Assembly (NCBI GenBank): GCA_019358915.1
Contig: JAHHIM010000001.1
Location: 192,001-256,000, forward strand
From: Trichormus sp. ATA11-4-KO1
GTDB taxonomy: Bacteria; Cyanobacteriota; Cyanobacteriia; Cyanobacteriales; Nostocaceae
Reading direction: 5' to 3'
DNA: 64,000 bases
Part shown: positions 29,727-39,710 of the stretch, in pieces
Layout of the letters: the number at the start of each line of letters is the position of its first letter
Position numbering within the stretch: position 1 is the stretch's first letter
Notes under the pieces: generated by a model
Database searches by the model: none
The model's input: the letters and a program-made list of their open reading frames with translations, nothing else
Told to the model about the DNA's origin: nothing
Program-made: the position numbers and the translations under genes

Positions 29727-31325
29727 ATGAAAGATAGTGCATCTGACCCAACGACTGACATCGCTAGAGAATACCTGGAACGGGAAAACAAGGAAAAACA
29801 GGTACTATCTTTACTCTTAGAGAAGTTTTTAGGGAGAAAAGATCAAATTCTCGTTCAAAAAACCGAGATGGGTGGTACTGAGGCTTATGTTAGCTCTGTT
29901 ACCTTGGAATGGTTTGCAGGTCGGGTTCACTTCGCCTCTGGCTTACCTCTGTTTCAGAAAAAATACAATCCAGAGACTGAAAATGTCGAGATTGACGCGG
30001 ATAGTATTGATGAAATTCAGCAACGTCCCCTTGATTGGTCACGTCAAGCACCGCTAGTGCAGTATTTAGCAGCTAGACACAACCACAAGTTTCCGCCAGT
30101 ACTGGTAGTAATTAATCAACCGTGGGTGGATAATCCCAAAGCTGCTGAGTGGGATAGCGAAGGACGCGCCACCAAGTCTACTACTGATTTTATACCCTTA
30201 GATAAAGACGCTAAAGTAGGTCTACTAAATATTTCTGAGGATGATGTGACTATTTATGCATTAGATGGTCAACACCGACTCATGGGTGTACAGGGATTGA
30301 TGGAGTTAATTAAAACTCGTAAACTCCAGCGATATAAAAAAGATAAAGCTGCTGATGACAGTTTTATTACAGTCAATGACTTGATAGAAAAGTATCAAGT
30401 AGACCTTGCTTACTTGCAAAACTTACCCAAGGAAAAAATTGGTATTGAGTTCATCTGTGCGGTAGCGGCTGGGGAAACTCGCACCGAGGCAAGGCGGAGG
30501 GTGAGATCGATTTTTGTTCATGTCAACCTGATGGCTGCACCGTTGACTAAGGGTCAGCTAACACAGTTGAATGAAGATGATGGTTTTGCGATCGTTGCTA
30601 GAAAAATTGCCGTTACACATCCACTATTGGAACAACGACAAGACCGTAAACCCCGTGTTAATTGGAATAGTGCAACAGTGGCTTCCAATTCTACCGTTTT
30701 GACAACATTGCAAGCTCTGCAAGATATGTCTGAGCGGTATTTGGCTCAAAAGTTTCCTCACTGGAAACCCTTGGAGAAAGGGTTAATTCCTATGCGTCCA
30801 GAGGATGGAGAACTTGAACAGGGAATTGAGGAATTTAAAAAGCTATTTGATAATTTGGCTAGTCTTTCTAGTTATAAGATTTTAGAACATGAGGATACAC
30901 CAGCTTTACGGCGCTTCAGCTTTGAGAAAGATGGAGGTGAAGGAAATATGCTTTTCCGTCCAGTTGCTCAAGTTGCTTTAGCGCAAGCTTTGGGAATTTT
31001 GGTATTTAAAAAAGGTTTTTCCCTGGTAGATATTTTTAAGAAACTGCGGAAGTTTGATCAGCAAGGCGGCTTTAGTGGTATGGAATATCCTCAATCTCTC
31101 TGGTACGGGGTTTTGTATGACCCAAATAAAAAGCGAGTGCAGGTTGCTGGACGAGATTTAGCGGCGAAGTTATTGGTTTACATTCTGGGTGGAATTCAGG
31201 AACAGATGGAACGTGCTGAACTTCGTAAGGCTTTGGCGGATGCTAGAACTGTGGAAGATAATACCGTCGGTTTTGATGGCAGCCTAGTTGAACTCAGGCA
31301 GGTTGGGCTTCCATCTCTTTTATAA
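29727..31325 (+). CDS. DGQHR-domain (DndB-family) protein 1
   Basis: QRPLDWSRQ, FPPVLV and ALDGQHR motifs; divergent from dndC. Confidence 0.88.
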   Translation: MKDSASDPTTDIAREYLERENKEKQVLSLLLEKFLGRKDQILVQKTEMGGTEAYVSSVTLEWFAGRVHFASGLPLFQKKYNPETENVEIDADSIDEIQQRPLDWSRQAPLVQYLAARHNHKFPPVLVVINQPWVDNPKAAEWDSEGRATKSTTDFIPLDKDAKVGLLNISEDDVTIYALDGQHRLMGVQGLMELIKTRKLQRYKKDKAADDSFITVNDLIEKYQVDLAYLQNLPKEKIGIEFICAVAAGETRTEARRRVRSIFVHVNLMAAPLTKGQLTQLNEDDGFAIVARKIAVTHPLLEQRQDRKPRVNWNSATVASNSTVLTTLQALQDMSERYLAQKFPHWKPLEKGLIPMRPEDGELEQGIEEFKKLFDNLASLSSYKILEHEDTPALRRFSFEKDGGEGNMLFRPVAQVALAQALGILVFKKGFSLVDIFKKLRKFDQQGGFSGMEYPQSLWYGVLYDPNKKRVQVAGRDLAAKLLVYILGGIQEQMERAELRKALADARTVEDNTVGFDGSLVELRQVGLPSLL

Positions 31326-31343
31326 GTATTAAAATATAACAAA

Positions 31344-31399
31344 GAGTGTTTCTGTTTTGACAAGTTATGATAAACAACACTTGCTAGGCAGAAACACTC
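31344..31399. terminator. Long hairpin between the convergent DGQHR genes
   Basis: GAGTGTTTCTG...CAGAAACACTC 11-bp outer stem plus inner CAAGT/ACTTG. Confidence 0.6.
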
Positions 31400-31458
31400 A
31401 AAAATGATATATTTAAAGTATCTGTTTTCAACTTAAGTTGAACGTACTCTTATGAAAA

Positions 31459-32703
31459 TTACCCGATTAATCGAATTCCCGTTTGCTTATCTATTTCTTT
31501 TAAAGCAACGTTAAAAGCCTTGTCCAAGGCTGCCATTTGTGTGACAATCTTTTTATTACCTTCGTCATCAACTAAAACAACATTATTTTGCCACAGTTTT
31601 GAGTCTCTTGTGTAATCAAGATTGGCAACAGCTTTAATCAATTGGCTTCGCTCTTCATCGGTAAATTCTTTTCCAAAGAAGATAAGATGTCCTAACTTAC
31701 TAATTATTTGAAACCCTACAGAGTTAAAGTCTATCCTCTGTTGTCTTAAAGTGTACAAATCAAGATTTGCTGTTTCTGATGCAGGCTTTAGGAGGGGTTT
31801 CCAGGCATCATTATTTTGACAAAATTCCGCGTAAAAGATTCTTGCTTTTGCTAAAAGAAGACTACTTTCTCCCTTTTTTTGATTAGACCGAGATTCTATT
31901 ACTTGTTTTCGAGATGAGCCAAATAAGAACTCAGCAGTACAAACCTTTAATTGGTTCATAGTAAACAGATAATTTGGATCTTTGCCAACTGTTCTTGATA
32001 CTTTGTCAATACGACCATCAAAGATAACTAATTCCTTAGTTAACTGGCGTGTTAATCTTGCTAGTACATTACTAACGTCAAATGCTGCTAGCAATGCTGG
32101 CGGTATTGGTCTTGTTTTAGCACAGTCCGCAAAATCTTGATGGATTTGATCCAAATCGTCCTCTCTAATAACTAGTACTGTTGCACTATCGTCGCGTAAT
32201 TCTGGCCGTACCATGATAGCTTTCTCAACAGCTTTTATTCTATGTTGACCATCGGTAACATAAAGCTCCACATTTGTAGGAACGACTGCATATCCAAACT
32301 TAACTGCCCCTGCTCCAAAAGCAAACACTCTAATTGGTGTAGTGGAATTGAAAATAAATGGGGGAAGAATATAGTTGTCTGTCTCCAATAAATACTTGGC
32401 TATCTCATCGACATGCTGTTGAATCAGAGGTCGGTTGATGAACTCTTCTGCACTAGATTTATTATTCTTTGGATGAGCGCTATTCAATCTTGCCATTTCT
32501 AAGAGAAGATTAAAAGGCAAGGAGAATGTAAGATGAGTTCTTCCACCTTGCTCATAAACATGGCAGAGAAAAACTCTAGCACCTGAAGTAGCAGCATCTG
32601 AAAAAGCTTGTGTTTGTGCATCTACTTGTGTAGCCAACAATACTACGTCAGCACCAGATTGCTTACCGTTTTGGGTGCTGCTAAGATTTAGTGTTAAAGT
32701 CAT
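31459..32703 (-). CDS. DGQHR-domain (DndB-family) protein 2
   Basis: NRPL...HV.EIA.YL, YILPP, VTDGQHR and QDFAD motifs. Confidence 0.88.
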   Translation of the reverse strand: MTLTLNLSSTQNGKQSGADVVLLATQVDAQTQAFSDAATSGARVFLCHVYEQGGRTHLTFSLPFNLLLEMARLNSAHPKNNKSSAEEFINRPLIQQHVDEIAKYLLETDNYILPPFIFNSTTPIRVFAFGAGAVKFGYAVVPTNVELYVTDGQHRIKAVEKAIMVRPELRDDSATVLVIREDDLDQIHQDFADCAKTRPIPPALLAAFDVSNVLARLTRQLTKELVIFDGRIDKVSRTVGKDPNYLFTMNQLKVCTAEFLFGSSRKQVIESRSNQKKGESSLLLAKARIFYAEFCQNNDAWKPLLKPASETANLDLYTLRQQRIDFNSVGFQIISKLGHLIFFGKEFTDEERSQLIKAVANLDYTRDSKLWQNNVVLVDDEGNKKIVTQMAALDKAFNVALKEIDKQTGIRLIG

Positions 32704-33228
32704 TGAGTTAGATTACCTTCTAGCGATTAGTTTTTAGCAGTGGGTAATACTTGAAAATAGACAGCTTGATTTGAGTAATGCGACACTCATTTGCCCATTG
32801 ATATCGCATACACTCACTCAAGCTATTCCAGATACAGAAGCAGGCATAATGTTATGGCTGCTTTTTTTCTTACCCGTATTAGTACGGTAATACTTAAAAT
32901 TGCATTTTGTCAACTAGCAGTACAAAAAAAGACTGATAATCAGATTTTGCAGCCTACTAACAAGCTGATGAATACAATTAAACACTTTTTTAGGGCTTTA
33001 TGTAACATATTTATGTTTTTGTACACAAGATAGCAGGTTTTATATAATACAATATTCATCTAAGGCAAGCGCAGTTACACTTGGGTATTATATTCGTCAA
33101 TAGCTTGAATTGCCCTTGAGTACATGGAGCCAGATATTGTCATGACTTCTTGAAGATGTTTTAAGCTACTTATCGCATCAAGCAGATAGAATTGTATATC
33201 CAGCCTTAATATTCAATGAAAGCTTCCT

Positions 33229-33690
33229 TCAAGACAGAAATCTTCTAAGATCAAACTCTACTTCTGACTTTTTTGGTTGGTCTTTCTCTAAATTAAGTAT
33301 CAATAATAGACGTTCTGAATAGTCTACTGCTCCACGCAGTTCACTTTGGATAATTTCTAACCCGGCATTAGCATACTCTTCAAAAATATGAATGCGTTGC
33401 TCGTCAGCTATATCCTCTTCATTAAGAATCTTAATGTCTTTGGTTTCGGTGATAGCCAACAAATTAATTAATAAAGTGAAACTGCTAGTAAAATAATCTT
33501 GTCGAAGTGGGGATAAATCTTTAGAAATTACGTCTAAAGGAACGCGCTTTTTATGTTTAACGCCTAAAGCTGCTGCAAACACCATAACTTCTACATAAGT
33601 TTGAAAAGGCCCAGTTGTGTCTTTTGATGCGACTAAAGATTTCACCAACTCAGCCTTATCTTTAGCAACCCTGATTCTATTTGCAGCCAT
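33229..33690 (-). CDS. DNA phosphorothioation-associated protein 4 (PbeD-like)
   Basis: RIRVAKDKAELVKSL, F.TY.EVMVFAAALG and IFEEYANAGLEII; dnd context. Confidence 0.82.
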   Translation of the reverse strand: MAANRIRVAKDKAELVKSLVASKDTTGPFQTYVEVMVFAAALGVKHKKRVPLDVISKDLSPLRQDYFTSSFTLLINLLAITETKDIKILNEEDIADEQRIHIFEEYANAGLEIIQSELRGAVDYSERLLLILNLEKDQPKKSEVEFDLRRFLS

Positions 33691-33784
33691 TGTTTTAATA
33701 TCTAACGTGTTGCTATTTTAATCGAAAGTTAGAAGCGATCGCACTTAATAACCACATTATTTTATACTAGTATGTGGGCGATCG

Positions 33785-33946
33785 CTAAACAAACCAATTA
33801 TCCACTAACATAGTCCATCCTGGCACTGCGGGTTCAGCTTCAGCCAAATCATCACGGCTATACACTTGCGGTTCTTCAGGATTACTAGCGCGACATACTC
33901 TAATAACTTCTTCTTTGAGTACATCCACATCCCCAGCTACCAACAT
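33785..33946 (-). pseudogene. 3' remnant of a Uma2-family endonuclease
   Basis: Manual translation ..DVDVLKEEVIRVCRASNPEEPQVYSRDDLAEAEPAVPGWTMLVDNWFV*, resembling the Uma2 C-terminus; catalytic N-terminal part absent. Confidence 0.65.
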
Positions 33947-34041
33947 AATTACAAATGTGTTTCCACATAAGTAATTTTTGTAGTCATACTTACTTTAGTT
34001 TCTCTCCTGGAATCAAAGTATTCATCAATCTATAGGTTTAG

Positions 34042-34212
34042 ATTGAAATTAAAAGTGTCGGTACAATGAAGCCAGACCAAACCAAAGCGATGAGTCAGGA
34101 CTTTTGCCAACAAATTAATCAAAGTTTGGGTGTACCTGAAAATCGGATTTATATAGAATTTGCGGATTCCCAGGGTTCAATGTGGGGTTGGAATGCTTCA
34201 ACCTTTGGTTAA
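34042..34212 (+). pseudogene. 3' half of a MIF/phenylpyruvate-tautomerase gene
   Basis: IEIKSVGTMKPDQTKAMSQDFCQQINQSLGVPENRIYIEFADSQGSMWGWNASTFG*; in-frame TAG immediately upstream; N-terminal catalytic Pro region missing. Confidence 0.8.
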
Positions 34213-34330
34213 TTGATGTGAATTTTTACATCGCACTCTGCAAAATTTGAGCAAGCGATCGCCAGATAATCACGACCAAGTTAATCTGAAAGTTGTAGCA
34301 TAGAGATCCAGCATCAACTATTGATTTCTT

Positions 34331-35398
34331 ATGTCTGCTACGCCTCTTGTTTCTGGTCTTGACTTACCCATTCCAAGAAAAACACAACTAATTCCTCCCT
34401 TGTTAGGTGCTTCGGTTACCGATTTAAGCGCTTGGGTACAACAGCAAGGACAACCTGCATATAGAGGTAAGCAGCTGCATGAGTGGATTTATCAAAAGGG
34501 AGTGCGATCGCTTGCGGATATCTCTGTGTTTCCTAAACAATGGCGTGCAGAAGTTGCGGAAATCCCCATTGGCCGCTCAACTATACATCACCGTGCTGTT
34601 GCACCTGATGGCACAATTAAGTATCTCCTGCGACTTGCAGATAGTCAAATCATTGAAACCGTGGGCATTCCCACAGAAAAACGCCTGACAGTTTGCGTCT
34701 CTACTCAGGTGGGTTGCCCAATGGCGTGTGATTTCTGCGCTACTGGTAAGGGTGGTTACACGCGCAATCTAGACAGACATGAAATTGTTGATCAAGTATT
34801 GACTGTACAAGAAGATTTTCAGCAACGCGTCAGCCATGTGGTGTTTATGGGTATGGGTGAACCGTTATTGAATACTGAGAATGTCTTGGCATCTTTGAAA
34901 TCGCTGAATCAAGATGTCGGTATTGGACAGCGATCGCTGACTGTTTCTACAGTCGGGATTCGCGATCGCATCCGTCAGTTTGCCCAACACCATCTGCAAG
35001 TCACTCTGGCTGTAAGTCTCCACGCACCTAACCAAGCACTGCGCGAAAAACTTATTCCCAGCGCCCGCCCTTATCCTCTAGAAGATTTACTTACAGAATG
35101 TCGGGAATACGTAGAAATCACGGGACGGCGCGTTACTTTTGAATACGTCCTGCTAGCTGGGTTCAATGATTTGCCAGAACACGCTTGGGAACTGGCAAAA
35201 TGTCTGCGGGGATTTCAAAGTCATGTGAATTTGATTCCCTACAACCCCATCCAAGAAGTTGACTACAAGCGCCCCAACCGCGATCGCATTCAAGCTTTTG
35301 TCAATGTGCTGAAACAACAACAAATAGCTGTTAGTGTCCGCTATTCTCGTGGTTTAGAAGCTGATGCCGCTTGTGGACAACTACGTGCAAGTAAATAA
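34331..35398 (+). CDS. rlmN: 23S rRNA m2A2503 radical-SAM methyltransferase
   Basis: [23 protein letters not shown] and AACGQL motifs. Confidence 0.96.
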   Translation: MSATPLVSGLDLPIPRKTQLIPPLLGASVTDLSAWVQQQGQPAYRGKQLHEWIYQKGVRSLADISVFPKQWRAEVAEIPIGRSTIHHRAVAPDGTIKYLLRLADSQIIETVGIPTEKRLTVCVSTQVGCPMACDFCATGKGGYTRNLDRHEIVDQVLTVQEDFQQRVSHVVFMGMGEPLLNTENVLASLKSLNQDVGIGQRSLTVSTVGIRDRIRQFAQHHLQVTLAVSLHAPNQALREKLIPSARPYPLEDLLTECREYVEITGRRVTFEYVLLAGFNDLPEHAWELAKCLRGFQSHVNLIPYNPIQEVDYKRPNRDRIQAFVNVLKQQQIAVSVRYSRGLEADAACGQLRASK

Positions 35399-35502
35399 AA
35401 GTGCTGAGTGCTGAGTGCTGAGTGCTGAGTGAGGAGTAAAAAGTACGGAGGATTACGTTTCTTTCGCTCTTCTCGCAGGTGCGCCTCCGTTGGAGACTCA
35501 CG

Positions 35503-35712
35503 TTACTTAATATCTGCACTTAATTGTTGTCTTAAATTTACATGAATGCCTGGAGCATAAGCCTCAATCACTTTGCCTGTCCGAGTGCAATTGATCATCA
35601 AGTAATCACAAGTTGGGCATTGTGTCCGAGTTAATTGACTATCAGAAATATAATGACGTTCTGCTTCACTGCCACAGTTTGGGCAGTGAATTTTTTGTAC
35701 TATATTATTCAT
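35503..35712 (-). CDS. Small zinc-ribbon protein
   Basis: CPNC...CPTC motif pair, ending VIEAYAPG. Confidence 0.7.
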   Translation of the reverse strand: MNNIVQKIHCPNCGSEAERHYISDSQLTRTQCPTCDYLMINCTRTGKVIEAYAPGIHVNLRQQLSADIK

Positions 35713-36108
35713 GTTAAAACCCCTGGTTGTAAATATTTATTATTTGACAAAACTACAAATTTAATCAGCAAAAATTTTGGTTTGGTTTAAGTTAACAAAC
35801 AGCCTGAATGTTGATTGAATATTTTAAACAAAATTTTAGATTTGACTTTTTTCATTTTTCATTCTTATTATCTTACATATTTCAGTGGTTTTACCATCTT
35901 ACTTTAGATATATAAATTAATTTTTTCAGTTGGCATTGCTTAGAGATTGAGTGATCCCGATTATTAATGCCTTGAGAGAGGCTGATTTTCAGTGATTTCA
36001 GGTAATTGAAAAACATCTGTTATTTTATTCAAAAATTAAAAGCCATAAAATACTGTATAGTGAGTCACAAAATATTAGACTTAAGATTTAGTTAATATTT
36101 CCTAAACA

Positions 36109-36141
36109 AGATCCCCGACTTTTTTGAGAAGTCGGGGATCT
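36109..36141. repeat. REP-like inverted repeat / hairpin
   Basis: AGATCCCCGACTT...AAGTCGGGGATCT 13-bp stem downstream of uvrC. Confidence 0.65.
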
Positions 36142-36163
36142 AAAAAGAAACGTTTCACCGGAG

Positions 36164-36294
36164 TAAGTAGGTGGGTGGGAAAATTTATCGCTAGGATAAG
36201 GCAGAAGGCAGAAGGCAGGAGGCAGAAGGGAAGAGGGTTTTAAGCTGATTCATTTTTCTTTACATAGTTGATTTTATTTGTGCCTACCTACTTA
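36164..36294. mobile_element. MITE family B, copy 2 (131 bp)
   Basis: Appears identical to 18625-18755; 6 nt from the uvrC stop. Confidence 0.85.
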
Positions 36295-36300
36295 ATTTCT

Positions 36301-38199
36301 TCAAGCAGGATGAAAATAATCATAAATTTCTTGGGCTAACCTTGGCCCAATTCCCGGAACTTCAGCGAGTTGTGTCGGTGTTGCTTGCCGAATATAATCA
36401 ACAGAGCGAAAATGCCCCAAAAGCTGCTTTTGACGATGGTGTCCTAAGCCAGGAATTTCATCTAAACGCGATCGCTTCAATTTATCACTACGTTGCTGAC
36501 GATGAAAACTCACCGCAAATCGATGTGCTTCATCCCGCAATCGCCTCAATAACTGTACCCCCGGTTGTTCTGCATCAGTTTCTAAGGGTTGAGATTCTCC
36601 CGGTAAAAAAATCTCTTCTCGCCGCTTCGCCAAACTGATAACTCGCAAGTCTTCTAATAAATTCATTTCTTGCAAAACAGCGACAACTGATGATAATTGA
36701 CCTTTACCGCCATCAATCATAATTAAGTCCGGCCAGTCAGGATTCCCCACCCTTGGTAGCTGTGGATCTTCCCCATACTTGCGAAACCGCCGTTGGATGA
36801 CTTCAGCTAAACTAGCAAAATCGTCTGAGTGTCCGGCTGTGACTGTGGGATTTTTGATTTTGTAATGGCGATAGTGCTGCTTACCAGGTAACCCATCGAT
36901 AAATACCACTTGGGAAGCTACAGCATTTGACCCCTGAATGTGAGAAATATCATAACCTTCGATGCGGTGGGGTAAATCTGGTAAGTCGAGAATGGCGGCT
37001 AAATCTTGCATTGCTTGGTGATTGCGTTGGCGTAGCCCGTCGGAGACATCGCCTAATTTTTGCATTCTTTGCAATTCATACTGGGCATTTCGCTCTACCA
37101 TCTCAATTAATTCTGCCTTGGTTTGGCGCTGGGGAGTTAAAATTGTCACTTTTTTGCCCTTGCGCTGAGTTAAAACATCCGCCAATATATCTGCATCTGG
37201 TAAATCATGCTGGACTAAAATTTCTGTGGGAATTTCCACCGCATCAGCAGTTTGGTAATGTTCTTCTAAAACTCGTTGTAAAATAGCTCCAGGTTCAGCG
37301 TGACTATCCGCAATAAACGCCAAGCGTCCCACCAATTGCCCAGCGCGAATCTGAAATAATTGCATACAGGCGCGTTGTTCATCAGCTGCCAGCGCCAAAG
37401 CATCCCGTGAAACTGTATCATCTGGTAAGGAAACTTTTTGGTCAGCAGTCAGCGACTTTAACCCGGCTATCTGATCACGAATCCGCGCCGCCGACTCAAA
37501 GTTTAACGCCTCGGCTGCTGTTTGCATTTGTGCTGTGAGGATATCAATCAGTTCCTGAGTCCGTCCCTGGAATACCATCGCCACCTTTTGCACAGTTTTG
37601 CGGTATTCTTCAGGTGAAATCAACTGTTGACACACACCTGGACAGTGCCCTAAGTCATAATTCAAACAAGGACGGTCTTTGAATAGTGGTTGAGGTCGTT
37701 GGCGCAATGCAAAGATGCGTTTAGATATGCGTAATATTTCTCGCAACAGTCCCGCGTCTGTATAAGGCCCGTAAAATTTATCTTTTTCTTTACCTAGTTG
37801 GCGTTTGCGGGTAATAAAAATCCGGGGATAGTCTTCTGACCAAGTGATACAGACATAAGGATATTTTTTATCATCTTTGAGCAGCACGTTAAAGTAGGGC
37901 TGATGCTGCTTGATTAAGTTGGCTTCCAGCGCCAAAGCTTCAGCTTCAGTATCAGTGACGATGAATTCAATTTCTGTCACCTGCTTGGCCATTGTGGCTA
38001 TGCGATCGCTTTTGTTGTACCCATCCCGAAAATAAGAACGGACACGCGATCGCAATTTTCGAGACTTGCCTATATATATAATTTGATCGTTCCCGTCCCG
38101 CATGAAGTAAACTCCCGGTTCTGGCGGAATTTCAGCTAGACGGGTTGACAGACGCTCTGGATCTTTCACCAGTGGTAGTATTTGAGCAGATATTGTCAC
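36301..38199 (-). CDS. uvrC: Excinuclease ABC subunit C
   Basis: GIY-YIG (PGVY..IYIGKS), [25 protein letters not shown] and HhH motifs. Confidence 0.97.
   Translation of the reverse strand: MTISAQILPLVKDPERLSTRLAEIPPEPGVYFMRDGNDQIIYIGKSRKLRSRVRSYFRDGYNKSDRIATMAKQVTEIEFIVTDTEAEALALEANLIKQHQPYFNVLLKDDKKYPYVCITWSEDYPRIFITRKRQLGKEKDKFYGPYTDAGLLREILRISKRIFALRQRPQPLFKDRPCLNYDLGHCPGVCQQLISPEEYRKTVQKVAMVFQGRTQELIDILTAQMQTAAEALNFESAARIRDQIAGLKSLTADQKVSLPDDTVSRDALALAADEQRACMQLFQIRAGQLVGRLAFIADSHAEPGAILQRVLEEHYQTADAVEIPTEILVQHDLPDADILADVLTQRKGKKVTILTPQRQTKAELIEMVERNAQYELQRMQKLGDVSDGLRQRNHQAMQDLAAILDLPDLPHRIEGYDISHIQGSNAVASQVVFIDGLPGKQHYRHYKIKNPTVTAGHSDDFASLAEVIQRRFRKYGEDPQLPRVGNPDWPDLIMIDGGKGQLSSVVAVLQEMNLLEDLRVISLAKRREEIFLPGESQPLETDAEQPGVQLLRRLRDEAHRFAVSFHRQQRSDKLKRSRLDEIPGLGHHRQKQLLGHFRSVDYIRQATPTQLAEVPGIGPRLAQEIYDYFHPA
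37027..37047. mobile_element. 21-nt small dispersed repeat inserted into a HIP1 site within uvrC
   Basis: GCG[TTGGCGTAGCCCGTCGGAGAC]ATCGC; removal restores GCGATCGC. Confidence 0.85.
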
Positions 38200-38698
38200 A
38201 ACTTAACTTAGGTAATTCTACAAATTTACCTATCCTTATTTTAAGAAAAATATAGTTTTTGTGTTGATTTTACAGGTTATTTATCAAGTAAAAATGAAGT
38301 ACACCTTTTCTGAAGGTGATATCTATACTTTAGTTTCTGACAATGAATGTGGCTATTAGATTTTGTAAAATTACCTACGTGTATCTGGTGATTTTTAGAA
38401 AAAATTAGCCATATTTTTAGAAATATTGGGATTTATTTGCATTCTTAATTCTACAAAATTTCTTATTAGTAAAATTTTGATATATTAACCTAAAGATTAA
38501 TTTTGTTATCATGCTAAAACTAGCTCTATATATCACTTAAAGAATTAAACAAAATTTTGATTAGTTTTATCTTTATAAGCAATAATCCTGATTATTGCTT
38601 AAATTCTCATATTAGGCGAATTAACGGTTTTAGTAAATCAAATCTACGATTATGATAAAAAGTACACCCAACAGAATAATGACGATAAGAGTAAACTA

Positions 38699-38878
38699 AT
38701 GGATATTCAAGATTTTGAATCTAATTACCGTGAGGCTATGGCTGAAGCGCTTAATGAATTGCAAACAGCAGTTTTAATGCTAGCCCAAGTGCAACGCAAG
38801 ATTTATGAAATTGGTAGTTCTATGCAAAATATGAATGACAAAGTTGAAGTTTTTATTAGTGAAAAAAACGATGAATAG
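38699..38878 (+). CDS. 59-aa helical hypothetical protein (below ORF-track cutoff)
   Basis: MDIQDFESNYREAMAEALNELQTAVLMLAQVQRKIYEIGSSMQNMNDKVEVFISEKNDE*; convergent with the response regulator. Confidence 0.6.
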   Translation: MDIQDFESNYREAMAEALNELQTAVLMLAQVQRKIYEIGSSMQNMNDKVEVFISEKNDE

Positions 38879-38899
38879 ATGTCGGATAATGAGAAATAT

Positions 38900-39325
38900 T
38901 TAAATATAGCGATTATAGGCTAACTCTTTTTCAATTGTCAGGATTAAAGCATTGAGATTTACAGGTTTGACAAAATAGTGGCTAGCACCTAAATTCATAG
39001 CCCGTTCTTGATCGGATTTAAACGCAAAGGCGGAAACTACAATGATAGGTATTTTTGATAAACCTGGTGTTTGTTGAATTTGTTCTAGTAGTGAGTAACC
39101 GTCAATATCTGGTAATTTTAAATCTAATAACATTAACTTTGGTTGGAACTTTTCTATTGTTGATAAAAGAGTATTACCATTTGATAAACTTTGGACAATA
39201 TAGCCACAGTAGCTTAGATAGTCACTTAGCAACATTCTATTGGCATCATTATCTTCGATTAATAAAACTCGTTTTAATTTATGCAAATCTAATTGATGAT
39301 TTTTAGTGAGTAAGTGTGCTGTCAT
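38900..39325 (-). CDS. Single-domain response regulator (CheY/DivK-like)
   Basis: LLIEDN, LLDLKLPDIDG, VSA and KP motifs. Confidence 0.92.
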   Translation of the reverse strand: MTAHLLTKNHQLDLHKLKRVLLIEDNDANRMLLSDYLSYCGYIVQSLSNGNTLLSTIEKFQPKLMLLDLKLPDIDGYSLLEQIQQTPGLSKIPIIVVSAFAFKSDQERAMNLGASHYFVKPVNLNALILTIEKELAYNRYI

Positions 39326-39656
39326 TTTTACTTCTCATCTTAAGTCAAAAAACAATAATTCTGGGAAATAATTCAACAATAATTAAATTGATAGACAATT
39401 AGCTTATACGATATGACCACAAAAATTAATAAATTAAATTTGTCTATAATTTAATCACATCTCTATTATTATCTGAATTTCCAAAAATAAGCAAACTTTA
39501 AGATTTGCTTTAATTATTGATTTTTTCATTGATGGCAAAAAATATTATTTTCCTAAAAATTGCATTTGCCATTTCTCAAGGTAAACAAAGCTGAATTTTG
39601 CAGAGCATAGGAGTGCTGAACATAATAATATTACAGTAGAAAGATTAAGATTTCGT

Positions 39657-39682
39657 AAAAAAAAGGAGCATGTAGCTCCTTT
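39657..39682 (-). terminator. Intrinsic terminator of the PEP-CTERM gene
   Basis: AAAGGAGC-TACAT-GCTCCTTT followed by a U-run on the minus strand. Confidence 0.65.
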
Positions 39683-39710
39683 AGTTCTTATTTGGTATTT
39701 AAACGCAGCC

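Noticed and set aside
32791..33033. 80-aa plus-strand ORF
   Set aside because: TTG start, no recognisable motif, and it overlaps hairpins and a terminator-like T-run; more likely non-coding.
33080..33210. Minus-strand open stretch (RLDIQFYLLDAISS...) as a gene remnant
   Set aside because: No convincing start and no recognisable family; cannot be supported without a search.
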